This document shows positions 10,597-22,675 of a stretch of DNA of 64,000 nucleotides, in pieces. The stretch spans positions 992,001 through 1,056,000 of the forward strand of contig BCGN01000003.1 in NCBI GenBank assembly GCA_001599295.1, given 5' to 3'. Numbering within the stretch: position 1 is the first letter of the stretch; each line of letters begins with the position of its first letter. Source of the DNA: Sporopachydermia quercuum. Its lineage: Eukaryota. Position numbers and translations under genes: made by a program. The notes beneath the pieces were generated by a model that saw only the letters and a list, made by a program, of their open reading frames with translations, searched no databases and was not told the DNA's origin.

Positions 10597-13500
10597 TCAT
10601 TTCTTCAGAGGCATTAAAACAGGGAAATCTGACGAATATGCAGCAGATGGTGACAGTGTTACGTTACCAGAAAACGACCCTCTCGTAGGTTTCACAGTGA
10701 TACCTGAAGCAACTGCATGATGTAACTCTGAGTGATCTTCAATTGGAGATGCAAAACTACCAAACTCATCGTCTTCATCAACAGAATTGCTCAAAGATTC
10801 GCTCGTAGAATTACCTGTAACTGTAGATGCACTTTTGGCGCCACCAGTAAGACTCCCAGGTTCATTTTGATCTAATGAGGTTGTTCTACTATGTGATTTT
10901 ATAACTCTATTACTCGTGAAACTGTTCGGCCGCATGATTTCTGTTTTTAGCTCCAAATTATCTTCAAATTCACCCCAATCATCGTCTCCGTTGCTATCAG
11001 AGAGTTTCTCAGCCCGAATATCCAAAGAAACTGTATGCGAGCTGTTATTTCCGGTAGTACTGTCTCTAGAAAGACTATTTCTGTTATAGCTGTCTCCATT
11101 AGCATTTTTCCTAGGTGACAATACGCTGCTCTCATCATTGAGCTTTTTTCTATGAGTCTCTGTTATCGAGATTCCCTGAAAACTCAAAGGCAATTGCGGT
11201 AAAGGATCAACCAGGTGTTCAGAGCTTGCATCGATATGCCTAACATCATGACCTTTCAAGGATGTATTCCTCGGCTGGATTGTACTGTCGGAAGTGAAAA
11301 ATGCAGCAAAATCTTTCAGCTGAGGGTTTGACAATCTCTGGTTTCCAGACACATTGGTAGAAGCGCTTATAATAACTGGACTAGTGATATGACTCTTTTG
11401 ATGCTGCTGATGCTGTTGGATAGAAGAAGTCGACTGTAATAAGTTTGATGAAGCACCAAGTACTGAAGGATTTAACGAGCCGCTGTTAAAAGAGGTTGAG
11501 GAGGAGATATCATGAGCAGGTGTTGATAGATCTTCAGAACCTGGAATGATGCTACTATTAGCAATGGCACTAATACCGGTGGAATTCACGTTGGAATTAG
11601 TTGTGTTAATACTGATTCCACTATCACTTTCCTTATCATTTACCAAGCTATTACTGCATATCTTCTTCGAGGAATTCGCTTTTTGGGGAACTAAAAGGTC
11701 AAATGAGAATACTCCATTGCTTTGTACTGGCGATGTAGCAGAACTGAAATTATTAATATTACTACTAGTATTACTATTACTATTAGTAGAATTAGCAGTA
11801 ATAGACGTAGATGTCATATCTAATAATGATTCTCCGCTGGCTACATTGAAAGACCTAGGAACAGGTCGGACAGGATTAGTCCAAGCAGTAGAAGCAGATG
11901 CAGAATTAACATTGGAGTTACTACTATTGACAGTATTGCTGTTGACTCCAACGCTTTCTTCGGCGTTTCTACTTGAATTGAAATCTCCCCATTCATTATC
12001 GTTATCATTATCATACTCATTAGCATCAATATCGCTATCATAACGTATATCTGAAACGTTTGTTGGTACACTGTAGATTCCAGCATCTCCTAATGCTTTG
12101 CTAGTGTCAAACACATCAAGATCATCATCATAAACTACAGATTTGTTGTAATCATACTCAGAGGGAGTCTTCGTGTTGTTACTACTAACAGTAGGATCGG
12201 TATTCTTCGCATAATTATTCCTACCTGCTGTATTCGGTCTTATTGTGTTGCTTGATGGTCCTGTATCAGGGGTAAGTGTTTCATTTACTCTTGCTTTTAT
12301 TCTTTCAGCATACGGTGCTGTTCTATCTTTCACTGCGCTAACAGAATTATTCCATGTCTGAGTGATTGACTCCATATTGGCTGATTTACTATTAGTTTGG
12401 GATGCTTCATTGTTGCTAATCTGTTGATTCTCAACATTGGTATTAGCATTGCTACTCGTACCGCTCGATGTAAACCTAGCAAAAAAGCCTGTTGATTTAG
12501 GAGGGCAAGTTGTAATATTACTAGTATCAGTAGGAGCATTGGCAACACTACTACTGACACTCTTATTGGTATTACTATCAACAGTCTGCTTCCTAGAACC
12601 CCAAGAAAAGAAAGATTTCCGCTTTTCGGAATCACCTGATCTTGTTTCAGCAACAGCATTCGTTACTACTTCTTTAGCATTCTTTTGATTCACTGACCCA
12701 GTAACTTGCGAAGTAATTCTATTCCTTGCTTGTCCTATGTTGCTTGCTTCTTTCTTAATTCTATCACTAGTCTTTTTCAGCTTATAAGCAGCCTGAGCAG
12801 CATTATAATAATCTTTCATAGAAACATTACCACCGCCGGAGCCAGAAGCATTTTTTGACACTTTAGCCAGTGATTGAAGCTGAGACACAAAACCATTGTT
12901 ACCTAAGTTTCTAGCCTCAGTGGTCATGCTGGAAACAGAATTCCCAATATTCGATACCTCTTTGTTAACTGAATTAATTGACGGTTGTAATTGCTTTTTG
13001 ATGGAAGACCCTGTTTGGGATATAAAAGATGTAAATTGCTGGTTATTACTTGTTGGGGCTCCCCATTGCAGCTCACGTGATCCCACACTGGTGTTTAAAT
13101 TTGTTTGTCTTGGGGAACTGGATCTAGCGCGGAGATTTTCTATGACATCATTATTATTTCCAATAGTTTGATTCTGAGGGCGCGCTGTTCTTGGTATTTT
13201 ATGCCGTTGTTCATTGAATGATCTCCGTTCTAGATCAGGTAGAGGTGCTTCATTATTGACATTGACTCCGTTATTGTCATCAAAGTCGTTATCAATGCTG
13301 GTTTTACTACCACTACTATTGTTATTGCTGATACTTCCCCTAGTTGCGAAAGCTGGGGTTGCAAACTGGGATTTACTAGGATCAATGTTGAATGGGAGTC
13401 CCATTGATGTTGTTCTTTTAGCCGCTGTGTCTATACTACTTGGTGATTTTTTACCATACATCATTGGCGAAGCTCTTCCGGATGATGATATTGGACTAGG

Positions 13501-14859
13501 ACTGAACCTATCTCTTTCTCGTTCTTTTTCTCTTTCATTCTGCGGATGTGATGACCATGAGAACGAGTACTCATCTGAAGTGTTTGCTTTAGTAGGCATT
13601 GACAAGTTTCTCCAGTTTTTAATTTGATTATCGGTTTGTCTATGTATGCTAAGCATATCCCATCTTAGTAGTATTTTGTTACTATATGAATTAGATTCGT
13701 TAGAGGTGAAATAAAATTGACGGGAGGGCCTCTGAAGTGAATTGTAGTATTTTCTTGCCTTTCCTATAAATATTTGGTTAGAATCTAGGTCTTCGAGCGT
13801 TATGTGTAAAGCAGAAAATATAGGAGGCAATGATTGAGTGGAAGGAGAGTCATTGGGAGTTTGGGAATCAGTGCTAGAGTCTTTTTCATTTTGCTGCTCC
13901 TTTAGTTCAATAGATTTCTTCTTCTCAAGATCGGTTTCATTGTCTCGTGCTTCATTTGCACTATCTTTAACATTATGGTCCCCACTATTATCAACTTTCT
14001 TTTCCGTATTTCTTTCATTGGCTTCACTATTCCCCCCTATTTCTTCTTTAGTGTTATATTTCTCTACTATAGTCGCTGAATTTGAGAATAAATCATTAAT
14101 TAAAGTGTCTAAAGGTGTCTTAAGAACAAACTCAGTTTCCACAGGTAAGACAGTTTCTTCATCTTGTTCAATTTCATTGTCGGTCTCATCAGGATCAACC
14201 AAATCATCATTCTCTTCAAAATTACCAAAATCATCAGAATCATCATCATCTATTTGTTGCATAGTGACATCGGCATCAGAGTCCGGATCTTCATCAGAGT
14301 CATTCGTTGAGTCACTATTTGTATCATCATTACAGGTCAATTTACTTATATCACTATCTTCGCCTTGTTTGATTGTAGCTTCATCTGTCGTATCAGTTGA
14401 CCCAGAATTGATATCTTTCATGCTATCTATTGTCCTACTGCTGCCAGGCAGGTCTGACTCAGGCTTTTCCACCGCCGCCCAAACGTTACTTTCTGAATCA
14501 ACCTCTGGTTCAGTAAGTACTCCAGGGGTCGCTGTCCCCGTATGCTTACTCTGAGTTTTCTTATTTGACAGTGAGAGCTTGAATAAAGAGCTGGTAGGAT
14601 TTGCAAACAAGCTTGATGATTTAGTCGCTTTCTTGGCGCTCTTATTATCACCATCGTTATCATCTTGCCATATAGACTCATCAAGAGGAGCATAGCCATA
14701 ATCCTCAACGTCAGAGTCAGACTGAGACTCTAATGCATCAACGTTAGATTCATTGTCGGAACGACCACCACCAGACTTAAAATTTGATAAAATTTGCTGT
14801 TGATTTGAAGTTTGAACATTTGCCCATGGAGATTCCTCCTCTGTTGGATGTCCGCTCAT
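10597..14859 (-). CDS. Large low-complexity (S/N/D-rich) protein with repeated acidic [FW]Gx F motifs; candidate clathrin-adaptor accessory protein
   Basis: 1420-aa uninterrupted ORF with DDFGNF, NEWGDF, DDWGEF and DEFGSF. One short non-repetitive island (KARKYYNSLQRPSRQF...LLRWDMLSIHRQ...KNWR). Confidence 0.75.
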   Translation of the reverse strand: MSGHPTEEESPWANVQTSNQQQILSNFKSGGGRSDNESNVDALESQSDSDVEDYGYAPLDESIWQDDNDGDNKSAKKATKSSSLFANPTSSLFKLSLSNKKTQSKHTGTATPGVLTEPEVDSESNVWAAVEKPESDLPGSSRTIDSMKDINSGSTDTTDEATIKQGEDSDISKLTCNDDTNSDSTNDSDEDPDSDADVTMQQIDDDDSDDFGNFEENDDLVDPDETDNEIEQDEETVLPVETEFVLKTPLDTLINDLFSNSATIVEKYNTKEEIGGNSEANERNTEKKVDNSGDHNVKDSANEARDNETDLEKKKSIELKEQQNEKDSSTDSQTPNDSPSTQSLPPIFSALHITLEDLDSNQIFIGKARKYYNSLQRPSRQFYFTSNESNSYSNKILLRWDMLSIHRQTDNQIKNWRNLSMPTKANTSDEYSFSWSSHPQNEREKERERDRFSPSPISSSGRASPMMYGKKSPSSIDTAAKRTTSMGLPFNIDPSKSQFATPAFATRGSISNNNSSGSKTSIDNDFDDNNGVNVNNEAPLPDLERRSFNEQRHKIPRTARPQNQTIGNNNDVIENLRARSSSPRQTNLNTSVGSRELQWGAPTSNNQQFTSFISQTGSSIKKQLQPSINSVNKEVSNIGNSVSSMTTEARNLGNNGFVSQLQSLAKVSKNASGSGGGNVSMKDYYNAAQAAYKLKKTSDRIKKEASNIGQARNRITSQVTGSVNQKNAKEVVTNAVAETRSGDSEKRKSFFSWGSRKQTVDSNTNKSVSSSVANAPTDTSNITTCPPKSTGFFARFTSSGTSSNANTNVENQQISNNEASQTNSKSANMESITQTWNNSVSAVKDRTAPYAERIKARVNETLTPDTGPSSNTIRPNTAGRNNYAKNTDPTVSSNNTKTPSEYDYNKSVVYDDDLDVFDTSKALGDAGIYSVPTNVSDIRYDSDIDANEYDNDNDNEWGDFNSSRNAEESVGVNSNTVNSSNSNVNSASASTAWTNPVRPVPRSFNVASGESLLDMTSTSITANSTNSNSNTSSNINNFSSATSPVQSNGVFSFDLLVPQKANSSKKICSNSLVNDKESDSGISINTTNSNVNSTGISAIANSSIIPGSEDLSTPAHDISSSTSFNSGSLNPSVLGASSNLLQSTSSIQQHQQHQKSHITSPVIISASTNVSGNQRLSNPQLKDFAAFFTSDSTIQPRNTSLKGHDVRHIDASSEHLVDPLPQLPLSFQGISITETHRKKLNDESSVLSPRKNANGDSYNRNSLSRDSTTGNNSSHTVSLDIRAEKLSDSNGDDDWGEFEDNLELKTEIMRPNSFTSNRVIKSHSRTTSLDQNEPGSLTGGAKSASTVTGNSTSESLSNSVDEDDEFGSFASPIEDHSELHHAVASGITVKPTRGSFSGNVTLSPSAAYSSDFPVLMPLKK

Positions 14860-15837
14860 TATAGATTATGCTGCATAATAGTAAAGATATGTGTATATGG
14901 GTACTACAATTGGACTGTGAGATGCTAGGAGGTGACTGGTGAAATAAGGAATCCGAAAAAAGTGAAAGTATGAACAACAGGAACATATATTTGCGAGTCC
15001 TTTAGAAGTAGTAGAGTATCAGGATTATTACTCAACATGCAACGGGGAAGCAATAGTTAATAATTAGATTATCAATGCTGTCTCTGTGATGATCAGTTAC
15101 TCCAGCAATATCAACTACCAGAACAGAATGAATGATGGCATAAATTTCGCGTACTTTCAATCCATATCTATTCGGAGTAAGACTATGACAAGTCGTTTAT
15201 GTCAATTCTCATAATCANGCATACTAATTTGCTTGGGAAAGTGCTATATCTAATGAAATACTGCTGATAGTGTTGTTATACTTGATATGAGTCGAAATGC
15301 TCCAGAACTGGGATAAGTATCGGATATTATACAAAGAGTATTATTTCCGGAATTGCTGTTGGGACTTCTGTATATTATCTCCGTATTTATGGAGCTCCGG
15401 AAACTATATCGGTCAGTGAAGAGTGAAACGAGTAGGAAGAAGTACCAATTAGCTGCTCTCGCCAGTTAGAGAAGAATTGCAAACAAAAACTGAGTATACT
15501 GAGCGTCTAAAGAAATGTGTCATACTTTCAATAGAACCAAGTTTGCAAATCAATACCTATCCAATAGTAAGACTCCTATCCCTCTGTTTTTGATCTCTAT
15601 ATCTTCAGAAGCGCCCTCCACCATCTGATAGCATCTACCATTTACTCTATTAAATATGACATAATCATATATCTGTTCCCCATGCAAATTCAATCTTTTC
15701 ACATGAATTTGTCTTTCCTATAGACATTTCTTTCTATCCTCTTCTTGTTTTCATTTATCTAATGAACATTGACTTATATAACTGAATCCTTTTATACCGT
15801 TATGTTTTAGTGGTGCTACTCTACAGACTAATACACA

Positions 15838-16906
15838 ATGACGATAATTACCAGTTCACAGAATTACACAGTTTTGGGGTTTCCACAATTCTCTGATGAT
15901 GTCCTTTACATCAGTCTTATGAATAATGTAGACAATGCAAGTAGTATTCGAGAGAATGTTTTACGCGGCAATAAAAAGTACGATTTCAGCTTTATATCAA
16001 CAAAAAGTGTAAGTGAAGAAGGTGGTTAAACTTTGGTTATTTAAAACAGTGGTTTGTAGTAGTTGACTGTTCAAAGACTGCTGGTCAGTATGGTACTATG
16101 ATAATATTATACCTTGTTCACTGTATCTATACCTAGCATTGTATTATCAAATCTGCAGTTCTGAATCATGCAGCTGCAACTATCAGCTACCTCTATATCA
16201 CTTTTTACTGCAATGATACTTTATCACAGTACATGAAAATATTCAAAGTATACTAACTATTTAGATTTACTCTATAAACCATTTGCTCTCTGGTTTGTAT
16301 AGAGGAGTGCTGGATTGTCATAACAATCAAATGCGAACTCGAACTGTGCACTCTCAATTGATATTTTCTTTTTCTCCTAATCAGAATGTATGTGAATCCT
16401 ATTTAAATCAATTGACGACTGCAAGAAAAGATTATATTCCTTACTAACATTTCAGATCATGGAATCATTGAAGAAATTTGGTATAGCTGATGATTCAGAA
16501 TCAGTTATTATTGTTCGTGCTGCCAAGAAAGCCGAGATAGAATCAATTGAAAAGTTTACTAGTGACTGCTATAATGATTTGAAAGAGATTGTGAAAGGTG
16601 ATTTTGTTCAATTGAGCGATGAAAATATAAAGCAGCATTCAGACGTAAACTCTATAAAGAAGGTATGTATTAGAACTTGGAGAAATGCATGCATGAAGAG
16701 AGAGAAAGTAAAGGAACCATACGTTGTACATCTACAAATCTATGACTCTCCTCAATGTTGTCAATAGAGAGATGAGAGAATCATGGAAGAGTAATATTGA
16801 TACTAACTAAAATAACTAGAATTATAAACTTCAGTCGTTTAATCTACAGGATGAAGAGAGCATTTCAAATGCAATAATAGGCCTAATAAGTTTACGAGGT
16901 TATTAA
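15838..16906 (+). CDS. CGI121: EKC/KEOPS complex subunit Cgi121, 4 exons: join(15838..16008,16265..16387,16456..16662,16820..16906), 195 aa
   Basis: Three phase-0 introns (GTAAGT, GTATGT, GTATGT), each with TACTAAC and YAG. The spliced product has FPQF, [29 protein letters not shown] and IKKNYKL, typical of Cgi121/TPRKB. Confidence 0.92.
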
Positions 16907-17792
16907 TGAGATTGGAGCTCGTTTGACTCAATGGATTTGTTACTTTCATCCAATGTGTTCTTCATATTGCATTTATTATATAATTGGTCTGATTCTACAT
17001 TCAATCATTCAACAGAGTATCAATAATATGAGGTACCTTATCAGATCCTGCAATGGCAGCTGCGATTACGAATATATATATATATAAACATGTTTTGATT
17101 GTGGTTGATGATACTCAGTTCAATATATGCAAGCGTTGAATGGTTTGAGACGTTTGTTAGTAATTGACTGGCAGCTTATTAGTCCCAGAACAAATCTCAG
17201 GTCCATGATCATAAAATACCATATGCGTTGCAGAATGTTTACGATGATCTGTTGATCTTCACACTGAAAAATTGTGAAGGTTTATTAATGCATGGTGCAA
17301 CATTAATAGTTAAGTAGCCGGTAACAATATTTGGTCTTTGTTACCTGCCCCTTTGGTTCATTTAGTATCGCTGCTGCCATATACAGTTTGAACAACAGCA
17401 GCTATCTCTTTTGAAGATTGTTGTCGTAATGAAACATTACACCAACAATTTACTATCTCAACTTACAACTATGCAATGCAAGCTTGGCAAACCATTGTCA
17501 AGATGAATTCAAATCTTCCTTTGCAAGACATCAATAGAACATACAGTCAATCAAGATTAAGGACGTGGGAAAGGCACATTGAATTCTCAGTATGCTATAT
17601 AATACTAGCACATTTAGAATGATTTAGAAGAAGTATATATGGTAGAGTATCCATACATCTGTTGCTGAACAGTCAATGGATATCATCAGGATCAAGCAAT
17701 CTGATATAATAAACGAACGAAACATCAAAGCGATGATAGAATTTTACTTTACAACACATTCTCTTGTCATCTCATATAAATATACTTTAAGA

Positions 17793-18833
17793 TTATGTTG
17801 ATACACTCACATTCTTACTATTAGTAACAATATTATTCATGATATTTGTATTATCACTGTTATTCTCACCATTGGCCTTTTCTTCCTCAACAATACATCC
17901 TAATCCGAAAAACGCTTCAATCAAAGCATGTTTATATTCTTCCTCCACTTTGAATCCTGATGCAATGTACTGCTTATCCTTTGCTAATTCATCCATAAAT
18001 GGATCATAATAATCGTTTCCAACATTGAATAAATACTCTGATGGCCTATCACCATTGAAAGGTGTGAAAGGTGTGTTATCTTCCGCCACAGTTTTCCTAC
18101 CACCAAATCTGCTATTAAAGAACTGTTGTTTCTTTAATTCCAACTGTCTTCTTCTCGCTGACGTTTTCTTTAATGCACTGCTATGAACTGTTTTCGCTAT
18201 GGCATTGGCATCTTGATCACTAGTCATAAGCCGATTAACTAGTTCCTTCTTGGCCTGTGCTTTGATCTCAGACTCTTCCTGAGCCTCTTGAACTGCTAAT
18301 AATCTATTCTGTTTCCTCATTTCCTGTTCAAATGCTTTCTGTTGTTCAAACTGAGCATCTTCTTGCTTCATTCTTAAGGAATTCCGTAGAATGTTGCTCT
18401 TATTTTCTAGTTCATAATTCTGTAGTTTTTTTTCCATCTTTTCCACATCTATCTTATGGGTAAGATTAAACACTATCTGTTCAATTTCCTCTAGATAAGC
18501 ATTATAATCTTCTAAAGTATCAAAATCTGCTTCTCTTTTATTATATATTTGACAAACTCTTTTCCTTATATCTACTTCTCTTTCTACATTTACATCTTCA
18601 AACACCTGTGATTTGAATCTGTTCTTTCTAAGCATAATACCACAACCAGGATAAGGGCAAGGAGCAGGACCCAAGGAAAATATTCTGTCCACACAGGACT
18701 CGCACATTTTATGATAGCACTCAGGGTTTACTAAAAATTTCATGTCGGGGCTTAAATACTTATCTGTTTTGCAGATGGGACAGAATTCTGCTCCCCCCGA
18801 GGATTCTGATGTCTCTGACTCGTTGTCACTCAT
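17793..18833 (-). CDS. TFB3: TFIIH/CAK assembly factor Tfb3 (MAT1), RING finger
   Basis: CPICKTDKYLSPDMKFLVNPECYHKMCESCVDRIFSLGPAPCPYPGC and EREVDIRKRV. First ATG at 18833. Confidence 0.96.
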   Translation of the reverse strand: MSDNESETSESSGGAEFCPICKTDKYLSPDMKFLVNPECYHKMCESCVDRIFSLGPAPCPYPGCGIMLRKNRFKSQVFEDVNVEREVDIRKRVCQIYNKREADFDTLEDYNAYLEEIEQIVFNLTHKIDVEKMEKKLQNYELENKSNILRNSLRMKQEDAQFEQQKAFEQEMRKQNRLLAVQEAQEESEIKAQAKKELVNRLMTSDQDANAIAKTVHSSALKKTSARRRQLELKKQQFFNSRFGGRKTVAEDNTPFTPFNGDRPSEYLFNVGNDYYDPFMDELAKDKQYIASGFKVEEEYKHALIEAFFGLGCIVEEEKANGENNSDNTNIMNNIVTNSKNVSVST

Positions 18834-20418
18834 TATGCATCGGGTGCTGGGTAATGCGACGTTTAAGAAATGTAGTTGGTTTGAAGTGTGTTGACAGAGA
18901 GAAATATCACCACCTGGTTCCCTTTTAATCAGCTGGACTGTGCTATGCAAAAATGATATAATGTGATTGTTGCACAGTTTAATTAATTACTAAGACATGA
19001 GCCTGACGAATATGATCGATGTGAGGTTAGATTGTTTAGATCTAATGCAGATTATAGCCAATAGAATCTAATAGAATTAGAAAGTGTTCCGATATATAAC
19101 AGAGGTTGCTCCTTGGATTGAATAAAGGATAACGCCATTTTTCGTTCTAGATAGTTGCTGTGTAACGAAAGAGATAACAACAATAATCCATCAGCAGAGC
19201 AGAAGAATGGTTAATTGATAGGAAGACATATGAAGACAGGGCCTAAGAATGGCAATTTCGGAGATTATGAAGGGATAAAATTTCGGAGATGATCTCTTGG
19301 TGATTGCGCCACATTACTCCATTATGAGCCTAAAATCGAAATGTAGTAATAATAAGGTTTGCAGGGGTGCTGAAACATTTAATGTGGCTTGGTGAGACAA
19401 TGACAGTTGATACAAGAACAAAGAGTTACAGGTAGAACAGGTAGTGCAGACAAAGCTACTGCGATAACATCCGTACCGAAAAGTAGTTGAAAGTTTGCTT
19501 TGAATATTTAGATTTGATCATTTACCTTGTTTCTCAAGCTCTTATTCATTAAGCAAATAAACTCGGTAGTAGATAGCACCAGGTGTTCACTCGCAGAAAT
19601 GTGCATACCTGTGCATAATAACCTGATCTTATGATTATATGATCATCATTACACTAGAGACTTCCGTTGATCATCTTCTTGTAGTATCTCTATTGTAAAA
19701 TATTTAGAAATAATGAACCTCGACAATTGAAGAATCTCTATCAATATATGTTACAGTAATTTCTCTCTTTGTCAATCTAACTATCTCTAATGTAAGTGTC
19801 TCCGATACTGTCTTCAAAGTGGATTCTCCACTTGCACTTCAGGTTTTGAAGTTCCTGTGCATATTGAATTCAGCTTTCAGCCTTAACTCCTTCCTCCAAA
19901 ATTTGAATCAACCCGACATTCCAGTTACCAGCGAACAACTCCAAATACTTTAATTAAGAAATGCTTTTCACTATTCTCTCCAGCAACTACTAATAGAAAT
20001 ATCTTCACTATTTATCTCACTTTTCACCCACCAGCTACTCTTATATGTTTCTTCACACCTTCACCGTCTCATGCGCCTTCCTGCAACATTTTTCTTGCCA
20101 CTTCACATGTTCATAGCTAGCATTCTCCTTCCCAAGCAACTAACCCCAAAAGCTATTCCCTTATTATATAATCAAGCATCATTCGCACCTCTATTCGTAG
20201 TATTTCCTTATTACACACTTTTATATCATATAATACAGCATGTAATTGAATAAATGCTCCATAAGTAATTCAGATATTGATAGTGCATTGAATTAATGAT
20301 TGATTGAGCAGTTGCCTGGAATTTAAGATTCAGCCTGTCCGTCTAATCATTTTCTTCTTCTAATAAGGAACAGTAGAGAATCAAATCATTGAATAAATTT
20401 ATAAATCAAGATTTCGCA

Positions 20419-21057
20419 ATGGATACGCCAGAATTGCCTCAAGTAATCTGTCAATTACTACGATCGTCTCAATTTCTTCATCTAGGTACATGCTACCAAG
20501 ACATCCCCCACGTTTCTCTGATGAATTACACATTTGTAGATAGCGGGGAAGCAACTGAAGTTGATGAAGAAGATCCTGTAATTGTTCTAACGACTTATAA
20601 GGATACTCAAAAGTATAATAACATTGTTCGTAATCCAAATGTCAGTTTGCTTGTTCATGATTGGGTAACTGCTAAGAATCTAAGCGATGCCACCCTAGGA
20701 ACTCGTACAGGTCCTGCAGGTACAAGTGTTGGTGATTCTGCAAATGCTACTTCTACCACAGGTGAACTATCGCCATTATTAAAGCTTTTAAAGAGCTTAA
20801 ATCAAGCAGAAATCTCAAATGTCAGTGCTACATTAAGTGGAACGGCTGAAATTTTACTTGAAGGACCAAAACAAGAGTTTTTCAAGGAGTTACATTTGAA
20901 ATCAAATACAAGTAGTGATGCTACAGCTACTGAGAACACTATGGCCAAAGTATTTATAGATGTTGATGAGGTTGTTGTCATTCTAGTTAGAATTGATTCT
21001 GCAAGGTTGACTGATTATGAGAACAATGTTTCTAACTGGAAGAGTCTTGCTGATTAG
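20419..21057 (+). CDS. Pyridoxamine 5'-phosphate oxidase-like FMN-binding protein (YPR172W/YLR456W family)
   Basis: FLHLGTC...PHVSLMNYT and KYNNIVRNPNVSLLVHDW. Convergent with VPS4, like YPR172W-VPS4(YPR173C). First ATG at 20419. Confidence 0.88.
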   Translation: MDTPELPQVICQLLRSSQFLHLGTCYQDIPHVSLMNYTFVDSGEATEVDEEDPVIVLTTYKDTQKYNNIVRNPNVSLLVHDWVTAKNLSDATLGTRTGPAGTSVGDSANATSTTGELSPLLKLLKSLNQAEISNVSATLSGTAEILLEGPKQEFFKELHLKSNTSSDATATENTMAKVFIDVDEVVVILVRIDSARLTDYENNVSNWKSLAD

Positions 21058-21301
21058 AGTGAATGATGATGGATGATGGATGATTAGAAAGGATTTAAAG
21101 AGACGATGAAGCTAAAGAAGGATTGATAGTGTTGTATAGTATTTAATGCTCGTTATAATCTATATTTATATCAATAGTTTTTCTAGCACTTTAGACTGTA
21201 GAAGACTACTACTACTTTAATCAATAACAATGCACTGACTCTTTATTATCTGCTCATTGTTTCTTCTATACAACATCCACCTCTCTAATCTCATCCATAC
21301 A

Positions 21302-21334
21302 TACACTACACTACACTACACTACACTACACTAC
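21302..21334. repeat. (TACAC)6.6 pentanucleotide microsatellite just downstream of the VPS4 stop
   Basis: Read directly: tacactacactacactacactacactacactac. Confidence 0.95.
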
Positions 21335-21349
21335 GCTTGAACCAATATT

Positions 21350-22675
21350 TTAATTACCCTCTTGACCAAAATCATTAGTAAAGGCTTCTTGCTTCTTGAT
21401 ATCTTCTTGATTAACAGTTGGTCTGGTGCTTTTGATAGCCTTAATAAAATCCTTGACTGTCAACTCAGGTTCCTGTAGCTCATCAGTACCCAATTGCATC
21501 CAGTTCATTTCCTTTGCTCCTTCATCGCCGGGGGAGCACGGAGTGTATTTCTGCTTCATTGTAGTTTCACCGTTCTCATCGGTTGATTCAATTATCACAG
21601 GTTTGAAATGAGTAGCCATTTGAATCTTACGAATAGGTTGCATTAAGGCATCTCTGACAGCAACAGCAACATCATGACCAGAATAGCCATCAGTCATTTC
21701 TGCCAACATTCTATAGTCCTTCTGAGTCAACGTACAAGGTGTATTTCCAACATTCAATTCAAACATACGGGTTCTTGCCTCAACGTCCGGTAATGAGATG
21801 TAAATACGTTTTTCAAATCTACGTCTAATAGCAGCGTCTAACTGCCAGGGGATATTGGTGGCCCCAAGTACCAAAACTCCTGATGAATCATTACCGACAC
21901 CATTCATTTGAACTAGCAATTCTGTTTTGATTCTTCTTGAAGCTTCAGATTCTCCTTCTCCACGAGGACCACACAATGCATCAACTTCGTCAATAAATAT
22001 AATGCTCGGTTTATTTTGACGAGCCATAGTGAATAGTTGTTTCACGAGTCTTTCTGATTCACCCATCCATTTAGAAACAAGGTCTGAAGAAGAAACAGAG
22101 AAAAACGTTGAATTGGCCTCAGTGGCAACAGCCTTAGCTAAATACGATTTACCAGTACCAGGAGGTCCATAGAGCAAGATACCAGATAGAGGTTTACGTT
22201 TGCCAGTAAAAAGATGAGGAAATTTTACGGGAAGAATCACAGCTTCTTTCAATGCGTCTTTAGCTGCATCTAAACCAGCAATATCTTCCCATCGGACATT
22301 TGGTTTTTCAGTAAGAATAGCTCCAGCTAAAGCACCTCTAAGTTTTTTAGTGTCTGCATCCTCGTCGCCGTCATCGCCATCACCACCTTCTTCACCATTG
22401 GCTTTCGCCTTTGCTGGTCCTTTACCATTAGTTTCTTTGGCCTTTTGGGCATCTAGATGTGTTTTCAACTGTTCAGCACGAGCGAGATATTCTGTTAGCT
22501 TTGATTTGATCAATTCTTTATTCCTAGCGTTCTTTTCGTATTTGACTGCCATCATGAAATAATCAAGACCATTGTAGTACCATTTATATGCTTCTTCATA
22601 TCTTGTTGCTGTATCAGCCTCAATGGCCTTTTGGACAAGTTCAATGCCTTTCGACAGAAAATCTGTGCTAGCCAT
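21350..22675 (-). CDS. VPS4: Vps4 AAA+ ATPase (ESCRT-III disassembly), MIT domain
   Basis: N-terminal MIT domain, Walker A GPPGTGKS, Walker [19 protein letters not shown] and C-terminal [10 protein letters not shown]. Confidence 0.98.
   Translation of the reverse strand: MASTDFLSKGIELVQKAIEADTATRYEEAYKWYYNGLDYFMMAVKYEKNARNKELIKSKLTEYLARAEQLKTHLDAQKAKETNGKGPAKAKANGEEGGDGDDGDEDADTKKLRGALAGAILTEKPNVRWEDIAGLDAAKDALKEAVILPVKFPHLFTGKRKPLSGILLYGPPGTGKSYLAKAVATEANSTFFSVSSSDLVSKWMGESERLVKQLFTMARQNKPSIIFIDEVDALCGPRGEGESEASRRIKTELLVQMNGVGNDSSGVLVLGATNIPWQLDAAIRRRFEKRIYISLPDVEARTRMFELNVGNTPCTLTQKDYRMLAEMTDGYSGHDVAVAVRDALMQPIRKIQMATHFKPVIIESTDENGETTMKQKYTPCSPGDEGAKEMNWMQLGTDELQEPELTVKDFIKAIKSTRPTVNQEDIKKQEAFTNDFGQEGN

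Noticed and set aside
16098..16164. C/D-box-like ATGATAA...CTGA inside CGI121 intron 1
   Set aside because: The C box is imperfect, there is no terminal stem, and I found no rRNA complementarity upstream of the D box.
16907..17792. Syntenic position of MFA1 downstream of TFB3
   Set aside because: No ATG-initiated short ORF ending in CAAX was found by eye on either strand. Candidates end in ...RLLNY* and ...CYIILAHLE*.
18834..18950. TTG-started N-terminal extensions in the ORF track (TFB3; similarly 30271, 34904, 40482, 20389, 8640)
   Set aside because: This is eukaryotic DNA. Family similarity starts at or after the first ATG and the extensions read like UTR sequence.
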